From Lama glama (Eukaryota), in assembly GCA_028534125.1 (NCBI GenBank), contig CM052818.1, positions 3,102,001-3,166,000 of the forward strand: a DNA stretch of 64,000 nt. Direction: 5' to 3'. Positions 53,110 through 64,000 of this stretch are shown here, in pieces. A program made the position numbers and the translations under genes. Positions within the stretch are counted from its first letter, which is position 1. Every line of letters starts with the position of its first letter. The notes below the pieces were generated by a model. That model did no database searches, was not told the origin of the DNA, and was given only the letters and a program-made list of their open reading frames with translations.

Positions 53110-53470
53110 GGGGGGAGGTAATTAGGTTTTTTTTTTTCCCCAGTTACTAATTTTTTTTAATTGAAGTATAGTCAGTTTACAATGTTATGTCAATTTCTGG
53201 TGTACAGCCTAATAGTTCAGTCACATATACATATATATATTCATCTTCATATTCTTTTTCATTATAGGTTACTACAAGATATTGAATATAGTTCCCTGTG
53301 CTATACAGTATAAACTTGTTTATTTTATATATAGTAGTTAGTATCTGCAAATCTTGAACTCCCTATTTATTTATTTACATATTTATTTTTAATTGAAGTA
53401 CTGGGAAATGCACCCAGGACCTCATGCATGCTAGGCACATGCTCTAGTGCTGAGCTATGCCCTCCCTTCC
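53110..53470 (-). mobile_element. Vic-1-like SINE split by an L1 3'-end insertion (~53150-53362)
   Basis: SINE tail 'gggggaggtaattaggttt' at left, SINE head 'cccaggacctcatgcatgctagg...gagctatgccctccc' at right, and antisense L1 3'UTR 'attgaagtatagtcagtttacaatg...atagttccctgtgctatacag' between them. Confidence 0.78.
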
Positions 53471-53920
53471 AGAGATGCATACTTTTTAGCAGACACTGAG
53501 TCAGTGGAAGCATCATTGCTGATTTTGCTGGATGGCCTCAGGCAAGTTACTTAACTTTTTAATTTTCATGTGGAAAGCAATTGTTATTTGGCCCAAATGA
53601 GGTATAAATGCGAGGTTCTGATGAAATAATGAGTGTGAAAGCACTTTGAAAAGCATAAAGTGCTCTGAAGATGTAATGCATTACTATTAGGAAGGATGAG
53701 TGACCAATTATATACTTTGGCTCTAGGTGTTCTTGATAACTCTGTAATGACATTAGCACTGTTTTACCTTTTTGCAACTGGAAGTATAAAACCACCATTA
53801 CCATAACAATTTCTATCAAATATTTCTCAAACACTTGTGAAAGCAGTCTCTCCTTTTCTAAGAGGAAAGAATCAGTCTATCTTTGTATAACTTTAATGTT
53901 TTTTCTTGTTTTACTTATAG

Positions 53921-54196
53921 ACTGCCAGAATCTCCACTTAGGGCAGTGGGAATCTTCTTTGTGGAACGCTGGGCATGAGCTTTGTCATTGGTTGGCCCAG
54001 AAGGAGGAGGCAGAATGTCTGCATTGTTACATCACAGAGTTCAAACTTCAGAAGACCTTGAGTTAAGCAGTGTCACTTACTCTGCAGATGATTGTCTTCG
54101 CCTGTCCTCTGTGATCATCACAGACTCATGAAACACCTTTTAGGTCTTACGAATTCAGGTTACACTGTTTTCCAGATGCTCTGGCAGCTGATACAG
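53921..54196 (+). other. C2orf42: C2orf42 putative 5'UTR exon 2 (276 nt, five upstream AUGs)
   Basis: Long polypyrimidine tract ttttttcttgttttacttatag| and donor CAG|GTAGGA; non-repetitive sequence. Confidence 0.65.
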
Positions 54197-54507
54197 GTAG
54201 GATCAGGCTGGGTTTTGGGGTGAAAGAACTCATCTTTCCCATTCTTCAATCCTTGCTCAAGTTAAACATCTGTGCATAAAAAGATTAGGTTAACTAACCT
54301 AGGTTATTGTATAGGATTGAATCTAGAGAAATGCTTTAATTATTACATTAGGATTTAAAAATAGAAAGAGACAGAAAAGGCAAAGTTTCCTCCATTTTTA
54401 TTTTGTAAGAAGATTTAAATGGATGTCCTGTGTGAGGGTACAATTTGGAAATAGTAGATACCTTCTTTACGTTTTCCTTTCTGTACTAAATATCAGAAGC
54501 GATTTTA

Positions 54508-54511
<4 letters not shown>

Positions 54512-54572
<61 letters not shown>
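54512..54572. repeat. (TG)n microsatellite, ~30 units with one interruption
   Basis: Seen directly; ends 32 nt before the exon start at 54605. Confidence 0.97.
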
Positions 54573-54575
<3 letters not shown>

Positions 54576-54616
54576 CATGCTGATGGGCTTACTGCCTTTT
54601 CTAGGACCTGTGAAAA

Positions 54617-55439
54617 ATGGAACCAAACTCTCTCAGGACTAAAGTCCCAGCTTTCTTATCCGATTTGGGGAAGGCCACATTGAGGGGAATCCGGAAGTGT
54701 CCCCGGTGCGGCACATACAATGGAACCCGGGGACTGAGCTGTAAGAACAAGACCTGTGGAACCATATTCCGCTATGGTGCGCGGAAGCAGCCTAGTGTGG
54801 AAGCTGTCAAAATCATAACAGGGTCCGATCTGCAAGTCTACTCCGTGCGGCAAAGAGACCGGGGCCCTGATTACCGGTGTTTTGTGGAACTAGGTGTTTC
54901 AGAGACGACAATCCAGACGGTGGATGGGACGATCATCACTCAGCTGAGCTCTGGACGGTGTTACGTCCCCTCATGCCTGAAAGCTGCCACCCAGGGTGTT
55001 GTGGAAAACCAGTGCCAGCACATCAAGCTGGCAGTCAACTGCCAGGCAGAGGCTACCCCTCTGACTCTAAAGAGCTCGGTCCTGAATGCAATGCAGGCCT
55101 CTCCAGAAACCAAGCAAACCATCTGGCAGTTGGCCACCGAACCCACAGGTCCCCTTGTACAGAGGATTACTAAAAACATTTTGGTGGTGAAATGCAAGGC
55201 AAGCCAGAAGCATAGTCTGGGATATTTGCATACATCCTTTGTGCAGAAAATCGGTGCCAAGAGCTTGCCCGAGCGCCGTTTCTTCTGCTCCTGCCAGACT
55301 CTGAAATCACACAAGTCGAATGCCTCCAAGGATGAGGCGGTCCAGAGATGCATTCATTTCTTTGCTTGCATCTGTGCCTTTGCCAGTGACGAGACATTGG
55401 CTCAGGAATTCTCAGACTTCCTAAATTTTGATTCCAGCG
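54617..55439 (+). CDS. C2orf42: C2orf42 ortholog, first coding exon (823 nt; exon starts at 54605), Cys/His-rich
   Basis: [48 protein letters not shown]...SDFLNFDSS; acceptor ttttctag|GACC, donor GCG|GTAGGT; TIA1-C2orf42 synteny. Confidence 0.93.
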
Positions 55440-56067
55440 GTAGGTGGTATGGTTGACACAGTTACTCTGTTTTTCTAAAATCGCAATGACAGAGCTCCAT
55501 TGATGGCATTTGGAGATTGTCCTAGCAGCCTTCAGAAGCAGTTGCTAGAAAATTCAGATGCAAAGCATTCCTTCTTTTAATCCCAGTCAGCACACTTGCA
55601 TAAAGGTTGGTTGGTTCGTTGACTGGTTAAAATTAATGATCAAGAGACTTGGGCATTATCATTGAAACAACAAATCTAGGAAAGTTAGCTTAGCTTTGCT
55701 TTTTTTTTTTTTTCAACTCTTCCACAGATGCCCTAGTTAGTAAAAACAAAGAACCACCAACCAAAAATTCCCTTCTATTTTGTCTTACTTGCTTGTTTCT
55801 TATCTTTGAAGATGGAGAAAACTAGTACCTTGCTCAAAATAAGATCTTTAAAAGTTTCTACATCGAGTCTTATGTTGTTGTTTTTAACATTTTTATCTTT
55901 TAGATGCTTTTTATTTTCATTTCTAAATGATCTTTAGTTGGCAACAGCTCCCAACTTTTTAGTTTTACATTTCTCTGTAGAGCCTTTTAACATGTTAATG
56001 GTCCATGAATGAAAACGTATGTTTTGGGGAATTCTTTAAAGAAACTGATTTTTTCTTTTCTTTTTCT

Positions 56068-56098
<31 letters not shown>

Positions 56099-56238
56099 AG
56101 GAACGGATTTTAAAAGCAGGCAGTCACTCTATGATTTGTTTTGGGGATTTGGATTTTTATAAATTAATTTTTCTCTAGATAGGGGCCTGTACTTACTCTT
56201 GGATAGTATTAATAATTCAGAAATTTGTTATGTTTTAG

Positions 56239-56349
56239 GTCTTAAAGAGATTATTGTGCCCCAGTTAGGCTGCCATTCAGAATCAACAGTATCAGCGTGT
56301 GAGTCTACTGCCTCTAAGCCAAAGAAGAGGAAAAAGGAGGAAGTACCTG
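56239..56349 (+). CDS. C2orf42: C2orf42 coding exon 2
   Basis: ttttag|GT CTT AAA...CCT G|gtgaga; [36 protein letters not shown]; phase 1-1. Confidence 0.92.
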
Positions 56350-57118
56350 GTGAGAAGCTGTTTGGTTTGTTTGTTTGGTGGTGTTACCTTTAGAAATTGT
56401 TTTTACTGTATTTTATCTGTTCCCACTCGATCTCAGCAAATATAAGAAATAATGCTGTTGGGTTTTTTTTCCCTGGAAAAGTTTTGCCCTCCACTGATGA
56501 TTTTGTCAAGTCAAGCTAAGACTTGGTTCTGTTGGCCAAATATAAGATCCAACCAAACACCACTTTTATTTCTATTTATGCTTGTTCATCCTTTAAACTT
56601 TCAGACTAGTCTTACACCTTAATCTGCCTATGATAGTGCCATGAAGTTTTCATTGATAGATGTTTTTAAAAATTTTGTGACAATGGTTAATTACATTTCC
56701 ATGATAATTGAGGAGTAGTTTGTTATCTGCATTTTCAGCATGTGGCTGGAGAAACAAAGTGACACGGTTATTTCTGTGTTTGTGAGAGATAATTCTGGCA
56801 GCAATACAGAGATTGCTATTAAATGTCTACTGATGGATCTTTCCTCGGAAAACTCACAAAAAAAATTTTTTTTTTACCCTTTAACTGAGTAATCCCACTT
56901 CCAGATAAACTTTTTTAAAGAAATAATCCTTGGTATAGGAAAAGCATTTTGTTCAGAGATGCTCATTGTGTGGTTATTTATAATTCTGAAAAATTAGGAA
57001 CAACTAAGGGCCAACCACTGCGGATAGTTAAATGAACCATGATAAAGCCACTTGACAGACACTGTTAGGCAGTCATTAAAAATGATTATAAAGAGTTTGG
57101 AGAAATGTTTAGATCACT

Positions 57119-57290
57119 TGGGTAGCCAGATGAAGTACAGAATGCTCAGTTTAATTTGAATTTCAGATAAACAATGAATAATTTTTTAGCATATGTATTT
57201 CCCATGCACTCTTTGGAATGTACTTATACTAAAAAAGTGTTCATTTGTTCGAAATTCAAACAAAATTATTTTGCTAAATCAGGCAATCTT
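57119..57290. mobile_element. MER53-like palindromic hAT MITE
   Basis: 'gggtagccagat...aatttgaatttcagataaacaatgaataattttttagcata...tacttatactaaaaaagtgttcatttgttcgaaattcaaa...aaatcaggcaatct'. Confidence 0.8.
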
Positions 57291-57633
57291 GGTATAATGA
57301 CAGCTACTTAAAATCACAAAACCAGCAAAAAAACTATTTACAAAAAAGAAAATGGATGAACATTCACCAGAAAATAGTCTGAGGGGTGGGAGTAAAGGAT
57401 GATTTTTTTTTTCTTCCTTTCACTTCTAGTCGCCCCCCACCAACTTCCTGTAAAGAGTGTAAGACACTTCAAATGTTATGTGTAAAGGCTGATGCTAATT
57501 CCTTCTAGAAACTGAAGCTAACCTAGAAATTAGTAAAGACTTTTTATATGTTTTAGACTCTTCAGAAATTAATATTGGATCGATTTATATTCTGCAGACA
57601 TCTTTTTGAACAGTATAATGATTTGTGGTTTAG

Positions 57634-57738
57634 GTGCACAGACCAACAGTTCGCTGTTGCCTCAAGACACAGTGAGCACTAGTCTAAGGAAAAGTGGCCT
57701 GAAAAAGCCGGTGGTTGCTTCTGCATTAAAAAGGCAGG
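57634..57738 (+). CDS. C2orf42: C2orf42 coding exon 3
   Basis: gtttag|GT GCA CAG...AGG CAG G|gtaagt; [34 protein letters not shown]. Confidence 0.9.
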
Positions 57739-57995
57739 GTAAGTTTCCCTTCCCCAGGATAGGCTAAAGAAGTGGAAAATCATCCTAAAGAAGCCCAAAG
57801 CAGTGTTAATTAAAAGACATGTTGCATGTTGTCCCTCAAGGAGTGCTGAGATACACACTAGTAGGCCCTGAGGCTGGACTCTGCTGTCCCTCCTGCTCGT
57901 CTCAAATCAGACTCAAAACCAAATTGTCTTTTCTTTTTTTAAAAGTATTTATTTTTAATTTTTTAAGTGGCAATTGCTTTTTATCTATTAATTTA

Positions 57996-58113
57996 GGTGG
58001 AGGGTAATTAGGCATATCTGTTTATTTATTTTTATTGGAGGTGCAGGGGATTGAACCCAGGACCTCATGCATGCAAAGCAGGCACTCTGCCACTGAGCTA
58101 TACCCTTTGCCCC
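57996..58113 (-). mobile_element. tRNA-derived SINE (Vic-1-like)
   Basis: 'ggggattgaacccaggacctcatgcatgc...ctgagctataccc'; TSD-like caaattg(t/c)ctttt flanks. Confidence 0.83.
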
Positions 58114-58681
58114 AAATTGCCTTTTAAATAACCGATGCAACAAAAATTACTGACACATTTTGACAGCACATGTTTTGTAGGATATTTTCCTTTTGTTGCT
58201 CCTTACCCACATGCAGTTGGTATGGAGATTCAAGGCTGAAAAAGAAACATATTTTACAATTTTTCAGTGATAAATATTTGTTGAGAAAGACAAATATAGT
58301 CTGTTCTCCAAAGCTAGTGAAGTTTGAAAACACCTAAAAGCCGTAGCAGGGCCATCATTCTGAATTTATGAGGTAGAATGACTTAATTTGAACATAACAA
58401 ATTTATATATACATCACTTTCCTACTCAGAATAATTAAGCTTGTACATTTGGGGATCAACATTTTCTTATCTCTCATATAACATGGCTGGGTGATTAAAA
58501 ATTAGACATCTTCCCCTACCCGCATACTCTAGCTTTAAAGACAAGATTAGTACATAAATAGCAAATAAATGATACAAGGCCAAATTTTAATTAACTAATT
58601 AATTAAGAACGTACACATTCCAAGAATAAATGTTCTTCAAAGGTCAGGAAGTAAACAAATCAAAAGTATATAGGAGTGGCA

Positions 58682-58832
58682 GGGAGGGTGTAGATCAGAG
58701 GTAGAGTACTTGCTTAGCACCATGAGGTCCTGGGTTCAATTCCCAGTACCTCCATTAAAAATAAATAAATAAATATGCCTAATTACAAATAAATGAATAA
58801 ATAAACCTAATTCTCCCCCCCCCTCAAAAAAA
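58682..58832 (+). mobile_element. tRNA-derived SINE (Vic-1-like)
   Basis: 'gggagggtgtagatcagaggtagag...gaggtcctgggttcaattcccagtacc'; TSD-like aaaagtatat(a/g)ggag flanks. Confidence 0.85.
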
Positions 58833-59408
58833 AGTATATGGGAGAAATTTTTTAACAAATTTTTATCACTTTGGTGCAAAGAAAAAAGAAAATAGCTTTT
58901 AATCCAAATTATCACTATATACATTGACCTATGAGAATTTTGATTTTAAATGAATAGTAGTTTTGGCATCATTATCTCTTTAAAAACGGGGCTATACTTC
59001 AGACATATGAAGACATTTCAGGAGAAGGAACAATAGGATGGCAGGTTGGTCGGTATATAGACACATTTGTCAGGAACAGGGCCAGTTTATAGATCTCTAA
59101 GAGAGCCATTATACAAAGCCATTCTTCAGTCTGCTGTCTGAAGTTGAAAGGCTGCAAACTTTCTGCACTTAATAATCTTAAACCCATTAGTCTCACAGAG
59201 CTTTTCATTTCTTTTTTTTTCCAGATGGATTCTTTAAAAAAAAACCTGCAACATTCCATTTCACTTAATGTATCTGATTTCTTTGAATTTCAGCTTACTT
59301 CTCTTTTCTGTGTAAACTTCTTCCTTAGCTTTTTCAAACTTTAATTAGCTTTTTAATTCTGTAAGAAAAGATAAAAGTTACTGAAGAATTTTTTTTTTTT
59401 CCCCTTAG

Positions 59409-59513
59409 CCTGTGGTCAGCTGTTAGATGAGGCACAAGTGACCTTATCCTTCCAAGACTGGCTGGCCAGTGTCACAGAACGCATCCATCAAACCATGCAC
59501 TATCAGTTTGATG
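59409..59513 (+). CDS. C2orf42: C2orf42 coding exon 4
   Basis: ccttag|CC TGT GGT...TTT GAT G|gtaagt; [34 protein letters not shown]. Confidence 0.93.
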
Positions 59514-61579
59514 GTAAGTATTGGTCATCCAACTGGGCTATTGCTGAAAGTAGGAGAAATTAAAGTAATTGTGTCATAGGAAAAGTTTTGATAGGAAAGT
59601 AATTGAGCTTCAGTCCAGAGTGCACTGGACCACAAGAAAGTAGAAATCTAAATGAAAGAAAGAAATAATCACGTAATTAAAGTGCAGGACAAGCAAAATG
59701 AATTTAGAGATGGAAGCAAAAAAACACAGCAAATAATAAGTAAAGGTAGATAGCCTTGTTCTTGGGGTGTATGAGGGTGTGTGTTTGGTGAGGGAGATAC
59801 CAAAGCCTTAGAAGATCATTCTGACCCTCAAACTTAAAATCAAAGCAAGGGAGGAAAGGGTTTAGAAAAAAAAATCTAAGCATGTGAGACTAAGATAGTG
59901 ATGTAAAATTACACAGACATGCTAAAGGAGACTGGAGAACATAGGCCAGACTTGGGTTGACTGTGATAGCCTCACAGAGCCTCAGCAGTTTTGGAGGTGG
60001 GCCATCCAACCAGTCCTTGCCCATTACCTTAAAAGCATCCTTGACGGATGGTTTTGCAGGCTTTATGCAGTGATGAGCAGCTCACTGTTTTTTAAGCCAG
60101 CTCATAACATTGTTGGACAGTGATAGCTGTGAGGAGGGTCTTCCTTATGCTAAGTGGAAATGTTTGCTGATAATACATGTTTAGTTTTATTTATATTCAG
60201 AATGAATAAAACTTCAGAAGTTACTTTGTTAAGAAAAAAAGATAGGGAAGGTTAAAGAGAGAGTCTATGTTTTTCTTTTCTTTTCTTTTGAAAATTTATT
60301 TATTTATATGTTGTTTGAAATAATATAATAAATATGTGCTCATCTGCCTCCCAAAACAGAAAATAGAACGTTGACAATAATGTAAGCTATAAACTGTGGT
60401 CCTTTTCCATCCCATTCCTTGTACCACCCCCTCACATCATCTCCATTGCCTCCACCTTTGTCAAAGTCACCATCAGCTCTCTCCTGGACTGTGATTCTGT
60501 GTCTTTTATGAAGGCTTTTCAAGATTAATTAGTAAACCTAAACCCTAGAATCCCATCCGCTGAGTTCTGGTGAGTTAGCACTTGTAGAGTTATAATGATC
60601 TCTGCATGTAGCCCATAATCTAATTTCAAGATGAAAGGTTTTTAAATTCCTTTCTGTGGTGACTTCTTAAACTGCCCAGATGTTAATATTTTAGTTGCTA
60701 ACAAGCAGTGACAGTTTTGTCATTGACATTCTGCATTCAATTAAGTAGACAAAACCAATTGAAAGAACGTAAAATCTTGCTATAGAACTCTAGAAGACCT
60801 TTCATTTTTTATTTTTCTTTGTTTGACCTTTGTTTCAAAAAGGCATCTGAACTGACTTTAAGAGTCTTCTTTAAGAGCTACTCCTTAAGTTGCATCCAGG
60901 CAGGTGGAAGTTACATGTTAATCCACAAGGTTCTGGATATGTTCCTATTAGAGCTAGCCCCCTTTAGGAGAGTTTTTAAGGAAAACTGTGAACTCTTTTG
61001 ACTCCTCCCCTGAACACTCATTCTGTTGACCTAGTGTCTTATAAGTTTTTTTGAGGTTTGTTACATATTTTCAAACAGCTTGCCTGCCTTCAGATCAGAG
61101 AGAAGACTCATGCTTATTGGATAAGGCGGTATAACTTTGGGATCTCTCGCATTCAAGGCCCTGACCATCTGAGAGCAGAAATGCAAACAGCAAGTGCCTG
61201 GCTGATAGTGAGCAGGAGTGAATCAAGTTTACCTGCTCAGCTCAGCCTCCGCCTTCTCATCTCACTTCCTGTCCTCTTTAGAGGGCTCGGGAAGTCTGTG
61301 CTGTGGTGGTGTTTACAAAATTAGGGATTTGAGAAGTTCTCTTTGGTAGATGACAAGGGTCTGCTATATTTGTGATGACTGCAAGGGGTCAAGAGCAGGG
61401 CTGGTGGCAGTGCTTGACTCATAAAGGTCAAGCAAAGCCTTCTTTTTTGCCTCCGTGTAAAGCTATCTCAGTGGTATTTTTAGTCACTACCACCCATCAG
61501 TTCCATTTCTTCTGTCTTTCCCTACACATCAGAAGGCCCGCTGAGTTTCTTTAAATGAGCTGCTCCTTATTTCCCACAG

Positions 61580-61687
61580 GCAAACCAGAGCCACTGGTGT
61601 TCCACATTCCTCAGTCCTTTTTTGATGCCCTGCAGCAGAGGATATCCATAGGAAGTGCAAAAAAACGGCTCCCCAACTCCACCACAG
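61580..61687 (+). CDS. C2orf42: C2orf42 coding exon 5
   Basis: ccacag|GC AAA CCA GAG...ACC ACA G|gtatgg; [35 protein letters not shown]. Confidence 0.93.
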
Positions 61688-62954
61688 GTATGGGATTCTT
61701 CCCTCAGGAATAGCAACAGGTGTCTTGGCCTTAGACAATTAAGCTTGGGGAAAAATTGTATGGAATTTTCAGGATTAAGACTTCCAGTTACATGCTCAGA
61801 GCCTGAAGCCTTGGCCAGTCAGCTCTTAGAATAATGATCATGCTCTTCAAAGGCCCCATGCTTATTCCAGTAAGAGTGGCTGGAAAGATTCAGAAAGCAC
61901 AGACTTGGTAAAAGAACCACAGTGAAGTGCAATGTAGGTGCCCACCAAGAAGCTGGGTATTTTCTGGATATGAACCAATTTCCACGGACACATTGCAGGC
62001 TCCAGTCGTTATTCGGGCTGCTTCTTGGGTGCAAATTACAGTATGTATCAAAAACTGAAACTTGTTTTTCATGACTCTCAATTTTTGATGAAGGAAGATT
62101 TTATTTTTAGAGTGATTCTCAGGCTTGGAACATTTTATAATGACATTATCCTGGTGCTTATTTCTGGATTTTATATAACATCTTTCTACTAGAGATCTCA
62201 AGATGCTCATTAGGTAGCATAAAGAGAGAAGGAAGAGAAAAGGAGGAAGAAAAGTTGCTCAGGGGCAAATAGCCCAAGAGGAACCTCAGCTAGAAATCAA
62301 GGCTATTTCTTCAGTAAATTGTTATTTGATGACATAATACAACCTGTTTGAGGTTTAATTCTATCTTTGGATAGTGCAAACTGTCAGTCACTCTGTTTAG
62401 TTCCTCAAAAGGCAGAGGGATAAGCTGTAAAAAGAGACTTTTGAGGTGGTACTGATTCTTCCATTTTAAACTTCAGGCCTAATACATAAATTTTAACCCA
62501 TTCCTTATATATTTTTAGGCCCTTCAGTGGAACCCCTTTATAATCCAGAGGCAGGGCCATAGACTGACAACCACGTTAGCAGGCTTAAACTTCATGTAAT
62601 TTTTTTAAGGACTATGATTTGATCTCTGACATAGCTCAGGATGTAAGAGGCTGTTTTATAATGGAGTCTTGTGTGTGCAGTCTTTACCAAACAAGCTTCT
62701 AAGGTGCCAAAAATGAGTAGTATCTCAAAGAAGCATCAGAGACTTTATATAGCAGAAATCCGTATCGGTTGATTCATCACATTTCTGCCAAAACCCTAGT
62801 ATAGATTTACTTCTAGAATTCCTTTTTTAGAGGCCTGGGATTCTCTACAGCAGGAATATCACTGTACTGAACTCTCTAGAAACTAGATAACAAATGTAGT
62901 GAAAGAGCATGTTATTTCTTGGTAGTCTAATTTTGTCCCCTTTCCACCTTGAAG

Positions 62955-63055
62955 CTTTTGTTCGCAAAGATGCCTTGCCCCTGGGAACATTTTCCAAGTA
63001 TACCTGGCACATCACGAATATCCTGCAAGTTAAACAAATCTTAGATACCCCAGAG
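62955..63055 (+). CDS. C2orf42: C2orf42 coding exon 6 (gene continues beyond the window)
   Basis: cttgaag|CT TTT GTT CGC...CCA GAG|gtaaga; [33 protein letters not shown]; no stop reached. Confidence 0.9.
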
Positions 63056-64000
63056 GTAAGAGTTCATTTTTGCAACAGTGGGAGGGGAGGGAGGGGAAGA
63101 GAGGGAAGCAAGTGCAAAAAGAATGCTTGCACCAGCTCCTTGAGTTGTGGACACCAAAGACAGTTCCCTTTTTCCATACGAAGAGATTATTCAGAAATGT
63201 TCTGAGTATGGTTCCAACTCTGATTTTAGTAGTTATTCCATAGTAGCTTGAGGAAGTATCTTAAATTGGAGTATCCTTTTTCTTTGCCTTTGGGATCAGA
63301 AAACAGGGGTGCTTTCTCTTGTAAATTAAATAAAGATCCCTTACTAGCTGTGATGAGCCCGAGATTAACTGGCAGGCAGCTAGAAAGTATATCTATAATT
63401 TGAGATGATACACTATTTTGAAGTCAGTGCGTCCAGCACAATTAAATATTCCTCTCCAAACTGCACTTTAGTTCTTATTGGAGAACTGACTCTTAATTAA
63501 TGTTCTTTATCACAAGAGCAATTTCAGACATTCTTAAACATTTCCTTTTGGCAGATCCTGAAAACTTGAGGATTTTCCCTTCCTGCAAGAATAGAATATT
63601 GTGCAAAATTCAGCATAATATGACTTGCTACATTAAGATTAATTTAATTGCAAGGCATTGTTATGTTCAGAAAAAGAATAAATTGATAGCTATGGAACTT
63701 ACACGTGAACCCTAGAAAAGGCCTGTGTTAGCACTAAAGACACTTGAGGGACTTGTTTAAATGCAGGATGTCACAGAAGCATCTTCTAGCCTGAAACAAG
63801 TCGTGTTCAGGGAGGCACCGAAACAACAAAGAGCAAAGGCAAGTGAGGGAAGAGAGCGAATAATCATTGAGCTTCTGTCTGTTGTGTGTTACTTACCTGC
63901 ATCACCCCATTCAATCTCACCACCATGCATTGATATTAACTGTATTTTGCAGATGAGAAACAGGCTACAAGAAGCTCATCCTGCCTTCTAGTGGCAGAGA

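Noticed and set aside
54961..55353. 130-aa antisense ORF and other overlapping ORFs
   Set aside because: Shadow frames of the C2orf42 coding exon.
55440..55456. C-terminal RWYG* of the 279-aa ORF as the protein end
   Set aside because: Intronic read-through past the GCG|GTAGGT donor; downstream exons continue the frame.

Overview
This is mammalian genomic DNA, most likely camelid: about 10 copies of a tRNA-derived SINE resemble the Camelidae Vic-1 family. Its order tRNA-Gly(CCC) / TIA1 / C2orf42 matches human 2p13 as I recall it. Bases 1-8.3 kb hold a decayed L1 ORF2 and a degenerate class I ERV provirus (two LTRs, PBS, gag/integrase remnants, env TM, nested solo LTR). A tRNA-Gly(CCC) gene lies at 8994-9064, just upstream of the TIA1 CpG-island promoter. 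TIA1 is complete on the + strand: 13 coding exons, 1161 nt, 386 aa, plus the 33-nt cassette exon, candidate poison exons and a ~3 kb U-rich 3'UTR. The C2orf42 ortholog runs on the + strand from a second CpG island (~44.5-45.2 kb) through six coding exons (451 codons) and continues past the window. The most notable extras are a TSD-flanked retrocopy of the 28S rRNA 3' end, several PTC-introducing TIA1 exon candidates, a C2orf42 uORF in frame with the main ORF that stops one codon before it, and SWIM-like Zn motifs in C2orf42. I found no prokaryote-type system (CRISPR, operon), and nothing here is established as a new biological system. Repeat family names come from recalled consensus sequences and their boundaries are approximate.
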